Source: Candidatus Binatia bacterium (GTDB lineage: Bacteria; Desulfobacterota; Binatia; UBA12015). Taken from it: a DNA stretch of 64,000 nt. Position 1 is the stretch's first letter. The number at the start of each line of letters is the position of its first letter. The DNA lies in contig JAQWRY010000088.1 of assembly GCA_029243485.1 (NCBI GenBank), forward strand, positions 299,212 through 363,211. The letters run 5' to 3'. The position numbers and the translations under genes are program-made. The notes under the pieces are model-generated. The model saw only the letters and a list, made by a program, of their open reading frames with translations. It was not told where the DNA came from and searched no databases. Below, piece after piece: positions 1 to 9,864 of the stretch.

Positions 1-195
1 ATGCAGGACGCGGGGATCGGGGTGTTCAGGACGAGGCTCCCGAGCACCACCAGGCCGCAGAAGCTCGTCACTGGATTGGTCAGCCGCAATGTCGTGCCGA
101 AGTGATAGAATCGGCCAGAGCACGAGCAGTGAGGAGAAGGCGAGTGCCGTGTCGCGCTCGGGTTCGAAGTTGACGAGCCCGTAACGCATTCGCGG

Positions 196-1545
196 CTATT
201 TCTTTGCCGGCTGCATCCCGGCGAGGAAACTCTCCGCGAGCGACTCGTACAGCGATGTCCGACAGATCAGGTGAGACATTTCGTACGCGAGCAGCGCGGC
301 GAGCGCGAGGGGCAGGGCCATGTAGTGCGCACTGGTCATTTCAATCAGGATCACGAAGGCCGTGATCGGGCTCTGCACTACCCCGCTGAAGTAGGAGACC
401 ATCCACAGAAGGACGAGTGCCTGGGGGTCGATGTTCGGGAACAGCGGTTGCGTGATCTGTCCGAGCGCGGCGCCTGTCGTGAGGCTCGGATCGAAGAGTC
501 CGCCTGGGATGCCCGAGAGCAGCGTGATGAAGTTGCCTGCCGCGACGACCGGCGCGAGGTAGATCGGGTAGGACTCTCCGTGGATCAGGATGCCCTCGGC
601 GGCCGGGTATCCGCTCCCGTAGCTCAGCCCGCCGGAGACCAGCCCGATCACGCCGAGTCCGACGCCCAGCCCGAGGGCGACCAGGTGTGGGTGCTTCGCG
701 CGCAACGGTGAGAGGAGGCGGTTCACGGAGACGACGCCCTGCGCGAAAGTGCCGCCGAGCAGTCCGCCGACGATCCCGATCACGGGCACGAGGAGCCATT
801 CCTCGAGCGTCGCGAGGCCGACGTCGATCCGGCCGTAGAAGTAGTAGTCGCCGAGGAAGATCAGGTTCACGATGCACGCGACCACCGCCGTACGAACGAT
901 CGTGCCGGCGTTGTCCTTCTCGAAGGATCGTCCGATTTCCTCGAAAGCGAACACCGCCCCGGCGATCGGCGTGTTGAAGGCGGCAGCGATCCCCGCGGCG
1001 CCGCCGGCGAGGATGAGTCCGCGCTGGACGAGGTGATGCTGGAAGTTCGCGAAGCGCGTCGAGAGGTACATCAAGCACGCGGCGACGTGCACGGACGGGC
1101 CTTCGCGCCCGATCGTCGGACCGGCGAACAGCCCCATGACGAGGAGCAGCATCTTGCCGATCATGATCCGAACCGACAGGACCTTAGTGCGCTCCGGTCC
1201 GTCGGGGATCTTGAGCGCGGCGATGGTCTGCGGAATTCCGGTGCCGTCGGTCCCTGGGAAGACGCGGTCGCGCAGTGCGCAGATGATGACGAGCGAGATA
1301 CTGACGACGCCTGCAGGGAGGAAGGGCGAGATGCCCGTCATCCACGCACGGCTCTCCTGGCTCAGTTGCTCGGTGTAGTTGAAGAGGTAGGCACCGAGCC
1401 CACTCGCCGCGGCCGCGGCCACCCACACCGCATGCCGTCGCATCGCGGCGACGGAAAATAGGTTCTGTCGCCAGCCTGCCCACCCCGGTTGCAGCCCGCG
1501 GGCTGCAACGGTGTCGTCCGTCCCCGTCTCCTCGTCTCCGGCCAT
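196..1545 (-). CDS. ClC family chloride channel / H+/Cl- antiporter
   Basis: Multi-TM protein with ClC motifs GTGIP (GSGIP-like), GREGP, AGIAAAFNTPIAG, FAFEE, GGLFDP and the C-terminal Tyr (SLYESL). Confidence 0.93.
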   Translation of the reverse strand: MAGDEETGTDDTVAARGLQPGWAGWRQNLFSVAAMRRHAVWVAAAAASGLGAYLFNYTEQLSQESRAWMTGISPFLPAGVVSISLVIICALRDRVFPGTDGTGIPQTIAALKIPDGPERTKVLSVRIMIGKMLLLVMGLFAGPTIGREGPSVHVAACLMYLSTRFANFQHHLVQRGLILAGGAAGIAAAFNTPIAGAVFAFEEIGRSFEKDNAGTIVRTAVVACIVNLIFLGDYYFYGRIDVGLATLEEWLLVPVIGIVGGLLGGTFAQGVVSVNRLLSPLRAKHPHLVALGLGVGLGVIGLVSGGLSYGSGYPAAEGILIHGESYPIYLAPVVAAGNFITLLSGIPGGLFDPSLTTGAALGQITQPLFPNIDPQALVLLWMVSYFSGVVQSPITAFVILIEMTSAHYMALPLALAALLAYEMSHLICRTSLYESLAESFLAGMQPAKK

Positions 1546-1552
1546 GGCGCGT

Positions 1553-3196
1553 CTATCCGTCGCGGTACTTACGGAACAGGCGGATCAGCTCGTTGGTCGA
1601 CCCGTCGTGGCCCAGTTCGGGATCGGCTTCCGACTGCAGCTCGGGAATGATGCGGTTGGCCAGGACCTTGCCGAGCTCGACGCCCCATTGGTCGAAAGAG
1701 TTGATGCGCCAGATCCAGCCCTGCGTGAAGATCTTGTGCTCGTAGAGCGCGATGATCTGTCCGAGGATGTGCGGGGTGAGCTCGTTCTTCACGAGGATCG
1801 TCGTCGTGGGGTGGTTTCCGCGGAAAGTGCGGTGCGGGACGGTGGCTTCGTCGACGCCTTCGCTCCGGACCTCTTCGGCGGTCTTGCCGAACGCGAGCGC
1901 TTCGGTCTGGGCCAGGCAGTTCGCCATCAGGAACTCGTGGTGCTCGCCCAGATCGTTCGACGGCTTCGCGAAGCCGATGAAGTCGCACGGTATGAGCTTC
2001 GTGCCCTGATGGATGAGCTGGTAGTAGGCGTGTTGGCCGTTCGTGCCGGGTTGCCCCCACACGATCGGGCCGGTCTGATAGTCGTCGATGGGGGCGCCGT
2101 CTCGATCCACCGACTTGCCGTTGCTCTCCATGTCGAGCTGCTGGAGGTACGACGTCAGGCGCCAGAGGTACTGGTTGTACGGCAGGATCGACTGGGTCTG
2201 GGCACCGAAGAAGTCGTTGTACCAAAGCCCGATGAGCGCGAGGGTCACCGGGAGGTTCTCTTCGAGCGGCGCGGTCCGGAAATGCTCGTCCATTGCGTGA
2301 AAGCCGTCGAGCATTTCGCGGAACCCACGCGGGCCGATCGCGATCATGAGCGAAAGGCCGATCGCGGAGTCGTACGAGTAGCGACCACCGACCCAGTCCC
2401 ACATCTCGAACATGTTGGCCGTGTCGATGCCGAACTTAGAAACCTCCTCGGCGTTGGTCGACACCGCGACGAAGTGCTTTGCGACGGCGCTCTCGTCTCC
2501 GAGCGCGTCGAGTGCCCACTTCCGCGCGGTGTGCGCGTTGGCGAGGGTCTCGAGGGTCGTGAACGTCTTGGAGCAGATGATGAAGAGCGTCTCGGCGGGA
2601 TCGAGCCCCTGGACGGCCTCGGCAAACGCCGTTGCGTCGACGTTCGAGACGTACTGAAACGTCATCGAGCGCTCGCTGAACTTCTTCAGGGCCTCGTAGG
2701 CCATCGCCGGACCGAGATCCGAGCCGCCGATCCCGACGTTGACGACGTTCTTGATGCGCTTGCCGGTGTGGCCCTTCCACGCGCCGCTCCGGACGCGATC
2801 TGAGAAGTCGGCCATCTTGTCGAGGACGGCGTGCACCGTCGGGACGACGTTTTCGCCGTCGACCTCGATCACGGCATCGCGCGGGGCCCGCAGGGCGACG
2901 TGCAGGACCGCCCGATCCTCGGTGATGTTGATCTTCTCGCCCGCGAACATCGCGGAGATCCCCGTGGAGAGCCCGGCCCGTTGGGCGAGGCCCCGCAGGA
3001 GTCCGAGCGTCTCGTCGGTCAACCGGTTCTTCGAGAAGTCGGTGTAAAGGTCGAGGACGTCGAGGGAGAGACGCTTGCCCCGGTCCGGATCCTCGGCAAA
3101 CAGGTCGCGCAGATGGCGCCCCTCGATCTCGTTCTGATGTCTCTCCAGCGCCTTCCACTCATCCCAGCTGGTCGGCTTTCCGCCCATGTTACCCAC
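1553..3196 (-). CDS. pgi: Glucose-6-phosphate isomerase
   Basis: [45 protein letters not shown]; start GTG 3196 or ATG 3187. Confidence 0.98.
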   Translation of the reverse strand: MGNMGGKPTSWDEWKALERHQNEIEGRHLRDLFAEDPDRGKRLSLDVLDLYTDFSKNRLTDETLGLLRGLAQRAGLSTGISAMFAGEKINITEDRAVLHVALRAPRDAVIEVDGENVVPTVHAVLDKMADFSDRVRSGAWKGHTGKRIKNVVNVGIGGSDLGPAMAYEALKKFSERSMTFQYVSNVDATAFAEAVQGLDPAETLFIICSKTFTTLETLANAHTARKWALDALGDESAVAKHFVAVSTNAEEVSKFGIDTANMFEMWDWVGGRYSYDSAIGLSLMIAIGPRGFREMLDGFHAMDEHFRTAPLEENLPVTLALIGLWYNDFFGAQTQSILPYNQYLWRLTSYLQQLDMESNGKSVDRDGAPIDDYQTGPIVWGQPGTNGQHAYYQLIHQGTKLIPCDFIGFAKPSNDLGEHHEFLMANCLAQTEALAFGKTAEEVRSEGVDEATVPHRTFRGNHPTTTILVKNELTPHILGQIIALYEHKIFTQGWIWRINSFDQWGVELGKVLANRIIPELQSEADPELGHDGSTNELIRLFRKYRDG

Positions 3197-3287
3197 TTAG
3201 AGCCCCCTATCCCTTTGCCCGATGGCACGGTGCCGTCTTGGGCGAGATGTTGCAACGGCCCCCGGTTTTCCTGTTGAACTCGGCCGC

Positions 3288-4805
3288 ATGCGTGAGCGTG
3301 CGGCGCAGGCGGTCCTGCTGGCTCGCTCGTTCGAGGAGGCGGACCCAGAAGGGGTTCTCCTCTCGAGCGAGGATCGAGGGTCTGCGACCGAGGCGGGACG
3401 CGCCGCCGGCGGCACGCCGGATCTCCAGGCGGAGCGTCGAGCGGGTGCACTGCTCGTCGGTCTGAGCGAGCAGGTACGGGCGCTAGCCCGGGTGCGTTCG
3501 TGGACGCGGGTCTCTCTGGGCCTCGTCGCCCCGGTCGTCTTGGTCTCGTTCCTGGTGGGGCTCTCGACCAACGCCCTGGGGCCCACGCGACACATCAACC
3601 TGCTAGCATTTCCGCTTCTCGCGCTCGTGGTCTGGAACGTCTCGGTCTACGGCTTCGTGCTCGTCTCGGGTCTCGTGACTGTTTTGCGTCGCCCGGCGCG
3701 ACGGGCGGACGGGCCGACCGCCGACGGCGCCGCCGCGGCTGACCGCGGGACCGGGTTCCTCGCGTCTGTCGCCTGGTGGGTCGGGGAGTGGACCCTCGAG
3801 AGAGTGCGCACTCCGGATCCGCGCGAGGCTGATGTCGTCTCGCGGGCGCTCGCCGCCTATTGGTCGGAGTGGGCGCACGCGAGTTTGCTCCTGGGTTTCG
3901 CTCGGCTGCGCGCGTTCCTTCATCTCGGTGCGGCCGCGCTCGCGGTCGGGGTCGTTGCGGGGATGTACATCCGTGGGCTCGGGCTCGAGTACCGCGCCAC
4001 CTGGGAGAGCACGTTCCTTTCCTCGGACGCCGTCGCCGCGATCCTCCACCTCGTCCTCGGACCCGCGGCGGTCCTTCTCGGAGAGACGTTGCCCGATGCG
4101 GCCGGTCTCGCGTCGATGGTCGCCCCGGAAGGTTCGACGCCCGCAGCTCCGTGGATTCACATGTGGGGGCTCACGACAGCCGGCGTGGTCGTCGGCCCCC
4201 GTCTCCTGCTAGCGGCGACACAACTCGTGCGTTCGGCGTCTCTGGCACGTTCCGTTTCGGTCGATCCGCTCGCCGGCTCCTTTCGGGCGCTCCTGGTTTC
4301 CGAGCGTGGTGCGGACGTACGGATCGACGTACTGCCTTACAGCTACAACCCCGGTACCCGACAACTCGAAACGCTCCGCGAGCTGCTCCACGATCTCTTC
4401 GGCCTGGAGGCGCGCATCGACGTTCTCCCTCAGGTGGCCTACGGAACCGAACTCGACGCAGAGACGTTCGAGCCGCCGCCCACCTGTGTGGTCGTCGTTT
4501 ACGGCCTCGTGCAGTCGCCCGAGCGAGAAGTGCACGCCCGCTATCTCGAGCAATGGATGGAGAAGGGCGGAGAGCCGCAGGTCCTGGCGTTGCTCGACGG
4601 CTCGAGTTGGCGAGAACGCTTCGGCGAGGGTTCCGGCCAACGAGAGGCCGAGAGACTGCGCGCCTGGGGCCGCGTTATGCGTGAGATCGGGGTGACGGCT
4701 CTTCGGGTCGACCTCGGAAAACCACTCGCACAAGGCACGGTCGAACGTGCCGAAAGCAGCCTATGGCCCGACGCTAGCACCGCCCGCACAACCGGAGGCC
4801 GTTGA
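3288..4805 (+). CDS. DUF2868-like membrane protein
   Basis: Several TM segments and the motif YRATWESTFL..W..L...VVVGPRLLL, directly upstream of a DUF3482-type GTPase; probable start ATG 3288 (MRERAAQAVLL). Confidence 0.75.
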   Translation: MRERAAQAVLLARSFEEADPEGVLLSSEDRGSATEAGRAAGGTPDLQAERRAGALLVGLSEQVRALARVRSWTRVSLGLVAPVVLVSFLVGLSTNALGPTRHINLLAFPLLALVVWNVSVYGFVLVSGLVTVLRRPARRADGPTADGAAAADRGTGFLASVAWWVGEWTLERVRTPDPREADVVSRALAAYWSEWAHASLLLGFARLRAFLHLGAAALAVGVVAGMYIRGLGLEYRATWESTFLSSDAVAAILHLVLGPAAVLLGETLPDAAGLASMVAPEGSTPAAPWIHMWGLTTAGVVVGPRLLLAATQLVRSASLARSVSVDPLAGSFRALLVSERGADVRIDVLPYSYNPGTRQLETLRELLHDLFGLEARIDVLPQVAYGTELDAETFEPPPTCVVVVYGLVQSPEREVHARYLEQWMEKGGEPQVLALLDGSSWRERFGEGSGQREAERLRAWGRVMREIGVTALRVDLGKPLAQGTVERAESSLWPDASTARTTGGR

Positions 4806-4808
4806 CCG

Positions 4809-6257
4809 ATGAATCTCGTCACCTTGAGCCTGATTTCTCACACCAACGTCGGCAAGACGACACTCGCGCGTACGCTCTTGCGCACCGATGTCGGGGAGGT
4901 TCTCGACCAGGCGCACGTGACCGAGGTGAGCGAGGCTTACGATCTCGTGAAGACCAAGGAAGCCTGCCTGCGCCTCTGGGATACGCCGGGCCTGGGCGAT
5001 TCTGCGCGATTGGTCGGTCGACTCCAGAAGGAGGGGAACCCGCTCGGCTGGTTCCTCCATCAAGTCTGGGATCGGTATCGGGACCGCTCTCTGTTCTGCA
5101 GTCAGCAAGCCGTCCGCAACATCCAACGCGAGGCCGACGTCGTCCTCTACCTCGTGAACACTTCGGAGGAGCCGGAGGAGGCCGGCTACGTGCCGCACGA
5201 GATGGAGCTCCTCGGTTGGATCGGGAAGCCGGTGCTCGTACTGCTGAACCAGACGGGCATCGCAGGGTCCGAGCGCGATGAGGCGGCCTTCCAGCAGTGG
5301 ACGGCCGCGGTGAAGCCCTGGCCGATCGTGCGCGACGTACTTCCGCTCGACGCGTTCACGCGCTGTTGGGTGCAGGAGGGCGTGTTGCTCGAGCGCGTTG
5401 CGGGGATCATCGACGGAGAGCCGCACGAGACCATGCAGGACCTCGCCAGCGCATGGGAGCGCGGGAACCTCTCCATCTTCGAGCGCGCATGCAGTCAGGT
5501 AGGACGGTACGTGCTGACGGCTGCGCTCGACCGCGAGACGCTCACGGGGCAGGGCCTGGGGCAAACGGAGAAGCGACGCGCGATGCGCGTCCTCGCGCAG
5601 CGGTTGGACGACACGACCCGCAGGTTGATGGACAGTCTCATCGCCGACCACGGTCTGGTCGGTCGCTATCAAACGGACGCGCGCGAGCGCCTCGAACAAG
5701 ACTTCGATTCGCCGGGCGAGAAGGCGTGGACGTCCGGGCGCGCCGGCGTTCTCGGCGCCGCGATGGGCGGTGCCGCGGGCGGTCTGGTTGCCGACGTCGC
5801 CGTGGCCGGATTGTCGTTTGGCGGCGGTGCGGTTGCCGGCGCCTTGCTCGGTGCCGCCGGTGCTATGGGGCTCCGCAGGGGGTTTCAGTTCGTAAGAGCC
5901 GAGCAGACGCCTGAGGTTCGGTGGGCGGCGGAGTTCCTCGACCAACTCCTGCGGCAGTCGCTTCTGCGGTATCTGGCGGTGGCCCATTTCGGTCGCGGCC
6001 GCGGGGAATGGCGCGAAACGGGCAATCCCGAGCGGTGGAACGCCCTTGTGGAAGCTGCGATTTCCGGCGCGGGCGATCAGTTCTCGGAGCTGACCACCCG
6101 GCTGCGGGGCGCCGGCGAGGAGCCCCCCGGTATGGAGGACCAGTTCTCCACTTACGTCCGGCATGTGCTCACAGAAGTGCTTTCCACAGCCTATCCGCAG
6201 GCTGCGCACATCCTGCGGACAACCCAATCCGCAGCGAATTCTGGGGAGAATTCCTGA
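4809..6257 (+). CDS. DUF3482-type P-loop GTPase (MMR_HSR1-like N-terminal domain)
   Basis: G1 SHTNVGKTT, G3 DTPG, G4-like LNQTG; C-terminal Gly/Ala-rich hydrophobic hairpin (GAAGGLVADVAVAGLSFGGG) and YLAVAHFGRGRG. Confidence 0.82.
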   Translation: MNLVTLSLISHTNVGKTTLARTLLRTDVGEVLDQAHVTEVSEAYDLVKTKEACLRLWDTPGLGDSARLVGRLQKEGNPLGWFLHQVWDRYRDRSLFCSQQAVRNIQREADVVLYLVNTSEEPEEAGYVPHEMELLGWIGKPVLVLLNQTGIAGSERDEAAFQQWTAAVKPWPIVRDVLPLDAFTRCWVQEGVLLERVAGIIDGEPHETMQDLASAWERGNLSIFERACSQVGRYVLTAALDRETLTGQGLGQTEKRRAMRVLAQRLDDTTRRLMDSLIADHGLVGRYQTDARERLEQDFDSPGEKAWTSGRAGVLGAAMGGAAGGLVADVAVAGLSFGGGAVAGALLGAAGAMGLRRGFQFVRAEQTPEVRWAAEFLDQLLRQSLLRYLAVAHFGRGRGEWRETGNPERWNALVEAAISGAGDQFSELTTRLRGAGEEPPGMEDQFSTYVRHVLTEVLSTAYPQAAHILRTTQSAANSGENS

Positions 6258-6300
6258 TCGGCACTTTCGGAGCGGCCTCCCGAATGGCAAAAATGCCTTT

Positions 6301-8463
6301 GTGAAGACGATTCTCAGTCAGTTCTGTGAGGACTTCGATGGTCGGGTCCGTCCCCTCCTCGAGCCGCTCGATGGATTCGCCGCCCAAATCGGTCGCCTGC
6401 CCGCCGATTCGCCCCTGAAGCAGCTCCTCCCCGAAGTCATCGATGTCCGCCACCAGCTGCGGACCCTGGTCGAGAAAGTCGCCGAGCAGCAGGCCTACGT
6501 CATCATCTTCGGACCCCTGAAGAGCGGGAAGTCGACCCTCATGAACGCGCTCGCCGCGGCCTACGTGAGTGAGGTGACGACTCTCCCGGCGTATCCCTGC
6601 ATGGTCTACGTCGCGAACGGGGATGACGAGCAGTTCACGGTCACGCGCTACGACGGGAGCGTCGACAAGTTCGGCGACCTCGCGTCGATGCGCTCCCTCA
6701 TGGAAACCGCGCACGGCGAACTCGCCGGCTCGATCCGCGAGGTTGAAGGGCACGGCGAGGATTTCGATCCCGCGAGCCACATGCCGCAGGCGCTTCGCCG
6801 AGTCGACGTGCGGATGCCGACCGAGCCGCTGGCCGAATCCGGCGCGGTTCTGGTCGACACGCCCGGGCTCTATAGCCGCATGAAGTTCGGTTACGACCTC
6901 ATGACCCGCGAGTTTCGGGACTCGGCGGCGAGTGCGATCTTCGTCGTGAAGACGGACAGCCTGTTCCTGGAGCAGGTATTCGATGAGTTCTCGGATCTCC
7001 TCCGCCTCTTCAGCCGGATCTTCCTGATCGTGAACCTCGACGGCACAAAGCAGGATCTGCAGCCCGATGGCGAGCTCGGCCCGAGTCTCGAGCGGCGTGA
7101 CCCGCAGCGCATCATCGACGCGTTCGAGAGCCTCTCGATGAATGTGGAGCTGAAGTCGGCGTGGGAAGAGGGCCGTCTGCGCATCTATCCGATCGATCTC
7201 CTGCAGGCCGCGAGTAGGCGTCTGCGTGGCGACGAACCTGATGAGGCGACGGAGGAGTCCGCTGCGGAAGAGCAGGCCGGGAATACGCTGGCCTCGTTCG
7301 GTGGCTTCACGGACGACCTCACGCACTATCTGAACAGCACTGAGTACATGACTGCGTTCCTCGGAGACAGTCTTCGCCAGGCGGAGTACCTCGTGCATGG
7401 GCTCGAGTCCGTGTGCGCCTCGGAACCGGTGCACGAGCTGTCTGAGGGGCTGGAAAAGTGGGACGCCGAACGCGATTGCGCACAGACGCTTCTCGCAGCG
7501 GTCCGCCGGTTGCAGGCGTTCCCGTGGGACGAGACATTGGCCCGCATGCGCGAGGACGTCGTTCGGATCACTCGCGAGCGGATTGGCGACTTGCGCCGCG
7601 ATACGGCCGAGGCGGCGGAAGGCGCTCTCGCACGTTGGTACGATGGTGACGCGAGCTACGCGAGCTTGATTCGCGAGGATCTCGAAGGTGTTCTGGCGAC
7701 CTGCCGCGACGCGATGGTGGAGACGGCAAGCGACGTCTCGGCGACCGTGCTCTCGAGCGACGTCGCCGGTGCGATGGTACGGAGCGAAACTAGTGACGAC
7801 CTGAATCTGGTCGGCCTCTCGGTGGCTGGAATCGCACGGGAGCTCGAAGGAACGGTGCGGTCCGCCGCCGAGGATCGTCAGGTGACGCCCGAGATCCCGA
7901 CGCGCGCGATTCCCGTCCGTCGGCGTCTGGTCGATTGGTTGTTGCTGCGCAGTCAGGCTTCGGTACGCCGTAGTGTGTTCGGCCCCGACGATGCGCCGTC
8001 CCGCCCGATTCCGCGAATCGTGAAGCAGCGGCGTCTCGGTGCCGGCCGCGTGGCACTTGGTGAGGCGATCCGTAGCCGAATCGATCGCCTCTTCGCCGAG
8101 ACGTTGCACCGCGTGGGCTCCGAGGTATACGGCGCGCATGTTGCCGCCGTTTGCCGCCAGGTCGAAGAGCGTCTCCAGACGCTCGAAAAGGAGAACGTGG
8201 CCCGGCTGGCGACGGCCGAGCAGCATCGCCAGGTGCTCGCTGCGTTGCGCTCGGACGTGGACGCCCTTGCGGGTACTCTGGGTGAAGCGAGTCAGGCGAT
8301 TGCGAGTCTCGCGGCCGCGTACGGTGAGCCCATTCCCGAGCGTGAAGCCGATCCGCTGGAGTTGGTGGAAGAGGTCGGCGTGCCCGAAGAGGCCACGCCG
8401 GATCTCCGGGCCGCGGCCGCGGCGGCTGGCGCCGGGCCCTCCGGCGATTCGAACGACAGCTGA
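6301..8463 (+). CDS. Bacterial dynamin-like GTPase
   Basis: G1 GPLKSGKST, G3 LVDTPGL, divergent G4 (VNLD), long helical/coiled-coil C-terminal half; probable start GTG 6301 (ORF open from 6163). Confidence 0.8.
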   Translation: MKTILSQFCEDFDGRVRPLLEPLDGFAAQIGRLPADSPLKQLLPEVIDVRHQLRTLVEKVAEQQAYVIIFGPLKSGKSTLMNALAAAYVSEVTTLPAYPCMVYVANGDDEQFTVTRYDGSVDKFGDLASMRSLMETAHGELAGSIREVEGHGEDFDPASHMPQALRRVDVRMPTEPLAESGAVLVDTPGLYSRMKFGYDLMTREFRDSAASAIFVVKTDSLFLEQVFDEFSDLLRLFSRIFLIVNLDGTKQDLQPDGELGPSLERRDPQRIIDAFESLSMNVELKSAWEEGRLRIYPIDLLQAASRRLRGDEPDEATEESAAEEQAGNTLASFGGFTDDLTHYLNSTEYMTAFLGDSLRQAEYLVHGLESVCASEPVHELSEGLEKWDAERDCAQTLLAAVRRLQAFPWDETLARMREDVVRITRERIGDLRRDTAEAAEGALARWYDGDASYASLIREDLEGVLATCRDAMVETASDVSATVLSSDVAGAMVRSETSDDLNLVGLSVAGIARELEGTVRSAAEDRQVTPEIPTRAIPVRRRLVDWLLLRSQASVRRSVFGPDDAPSRPIPRIVKQRRLGAGRVALGEAIRSRIDRLFAETLHRVGSEVYGAHVAAVCRQVEERLQTLEKENVARLATAEQHRQVLAALRSDVDALAGTLGEASQAIASLAAAYGEPIPEREADPLELVEEVGVPEEATPDLRAAAAAAGAGPSGDSNDS

Positions 8464-8550
8464 GCACGCGCGTTCGCGGCGTGGGGCCTCCGGGCCCCGC
8501 GGGCGGAGGGAGCATCCAGCGCGGCGGCGTCCGCGTCCCGGTACGCCGCC

Positions 8551-8820
8551 GAGGCACCGAACAACTTCCAGTGAAAGGATCTCGTGGCGGCCTTCCTGAC
8601 AGGGATTCCCGGCGTGAACGAGGACGTCGACACCTCGCTTCGCGCGATGATGGGCGCGGTCTGCCACACGGGGCTCGGGATCTGCGAAGCCGGCGACGCC
8701 CCATCGGGGGACGAGGAGTTCACGGATGGGGCGTTCATCGAGGCCGGGATGTTCCCCGACGTGTTTCCCTATCTGAACACGCCGCCTCCCGGCCCCCCGA
8801 ACGGCGAAGGCCAGACCTGA
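8551..8820 (+). pseudogene. C-terminal relic of a DUF4331-like secreted protein
   Basis: APNNFQ*KDLVAAFLTGIPGVN-EDVDTSLRAMMG...FTDGA...FPYLNTP; in-frame TGA at 8572-8574, N-terminal part missing. Confidence 0.6.
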
Positions 8821-8969
8821 GTCGTGGGATCAACCGATGTCGATTCCGCGCGGAGGATTCCTTTGACTCATTCCGTCTCGATCCGCGCTACTGGCGCGGA
8901 TATGACGACGCCTACGCCGAGGTCGCCGCCGTCTCCGGTGCCCGCCGCGACCGCCGACGGCAGCGCCGG

Positions 8970-9195
8970 TGTTCCCGCGATGCCCGCGGGCTCTTCACCT
9001 ACCTGCAGTCGCGCGCCTACCAGAGCTTTGCCGCCGAGTCGGGCGTACACCCCACGAACGCACCGCACATGACGTCGGTGCGGACGTTCCTGAATCCGTC
9101 GCTCGAGGCGTCGCTCGCAAGTGACGCCTCGTCCCATCCCGTCGCAGCGGCGGCGGTAAAGGAACTCTACGGCGCGGATGGAATGCTCTGGGGAG
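8970..9195 (+). pseudogene. Internal fragment of a cytochrome P460-like protein
   Basis: GLFTYLQSRAYQSFAAESGVHPTNAPH..VRTFLN...HPVAAAAVKELYG; no start, breaks off before any haem motif. Confidence 0.4.
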
Positions 9196-9202
9196 TGTCG
9201 GT

Positions 9203-9574
9203 ATGGTGTGGCGCGTATGCGATTCTGAGAACTGCGACTTCTTCCCTCTTTCGGACTGCGGCTGGAAGGCCCTGGGCAATCCCCCCGGCAGCAGGGGCCA
9301 CAAGTGCCGTGGGAGCCACGAAGGCTACGAAAGTTGTAAAGTGCTTCTCAAGGAGAACGTCATCAAGGCCACATGCAAGGACTCGACCGTGCTCAATTTT
9401 GGGTCTCCAGCGTCTACGTACGGCGCTGCGTGGGCGATTGTTTGGGTTGGTCAGTCTTACTGCGCTCGGGTGAACGCAGCGACGAACCCCATCCGCGTGA
9501 AAGACGAGCCGGGCTATTGGAAGGCGGTCCATGCCGAAGTCACGGAGGCTTGTCCGCCGATGAATCCGAACTAG
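9203..9574 (+). pseudogene. C-terminal fragment of a Cys-containing secreted protein
   Basis: GWKALGNPPGSRG..CKVLLKENVIKATCK..YCA..C module; no signal peptide or convincing start. Confidence 0.45.
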
Positions 9575-9618
9575 GGAGGGGAAAGTTCTAGGTTGTGATC
9601 CATGGTAGGAAGCAAGCC

Positions 9619-9864
9619 ATGAGCAATCCGGTAGACGCGCTGGTTCTCGACTTGCTCGAGTGGATCGACCCGGAGTCTCGCCCGTACTCGGAAGTCATCG
9701 ATGCGTGGCGGACCTCCTGCCCGCGACTGCCCGTCTGGGAGGAAGCCAACGGCCGCGGATTTCTCGAACGGCGCCACGAGTCCGGGGGCAGGACGTCCGT
9801 AGGCGTGTCGGCTCTCGGTCGGCGGCACCTCAGAACCGCGAGAACACCCCTCCGTGCCGAGTGA
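9619..9864 (+). CDS. Small conserved hypothetical protein (winged-helix-like)
   Basis: LVLDLLEWI..RPYSEVIDAWRTSCPRLPVWEEA; AGGA-type RBS before ATG 9619; overlaps the SDR start. Confidence 0.7.
   Translation: MSNPVDALVLDLLEWIDPESRPYSEVIDAWRTSCPRLPVWEEANGRGFLERRHESGGRTSVGVSALGRRHLRTARTPLRAE

Noticed and set aside
6169-8667. Long antisense ORFs (832 aa here; also 53648-55555, 4761-6290, 60930-62480, 62471-63796)
   Set aside because: Shadow frames of real genes in high-GC DNA, with no motifs of their own
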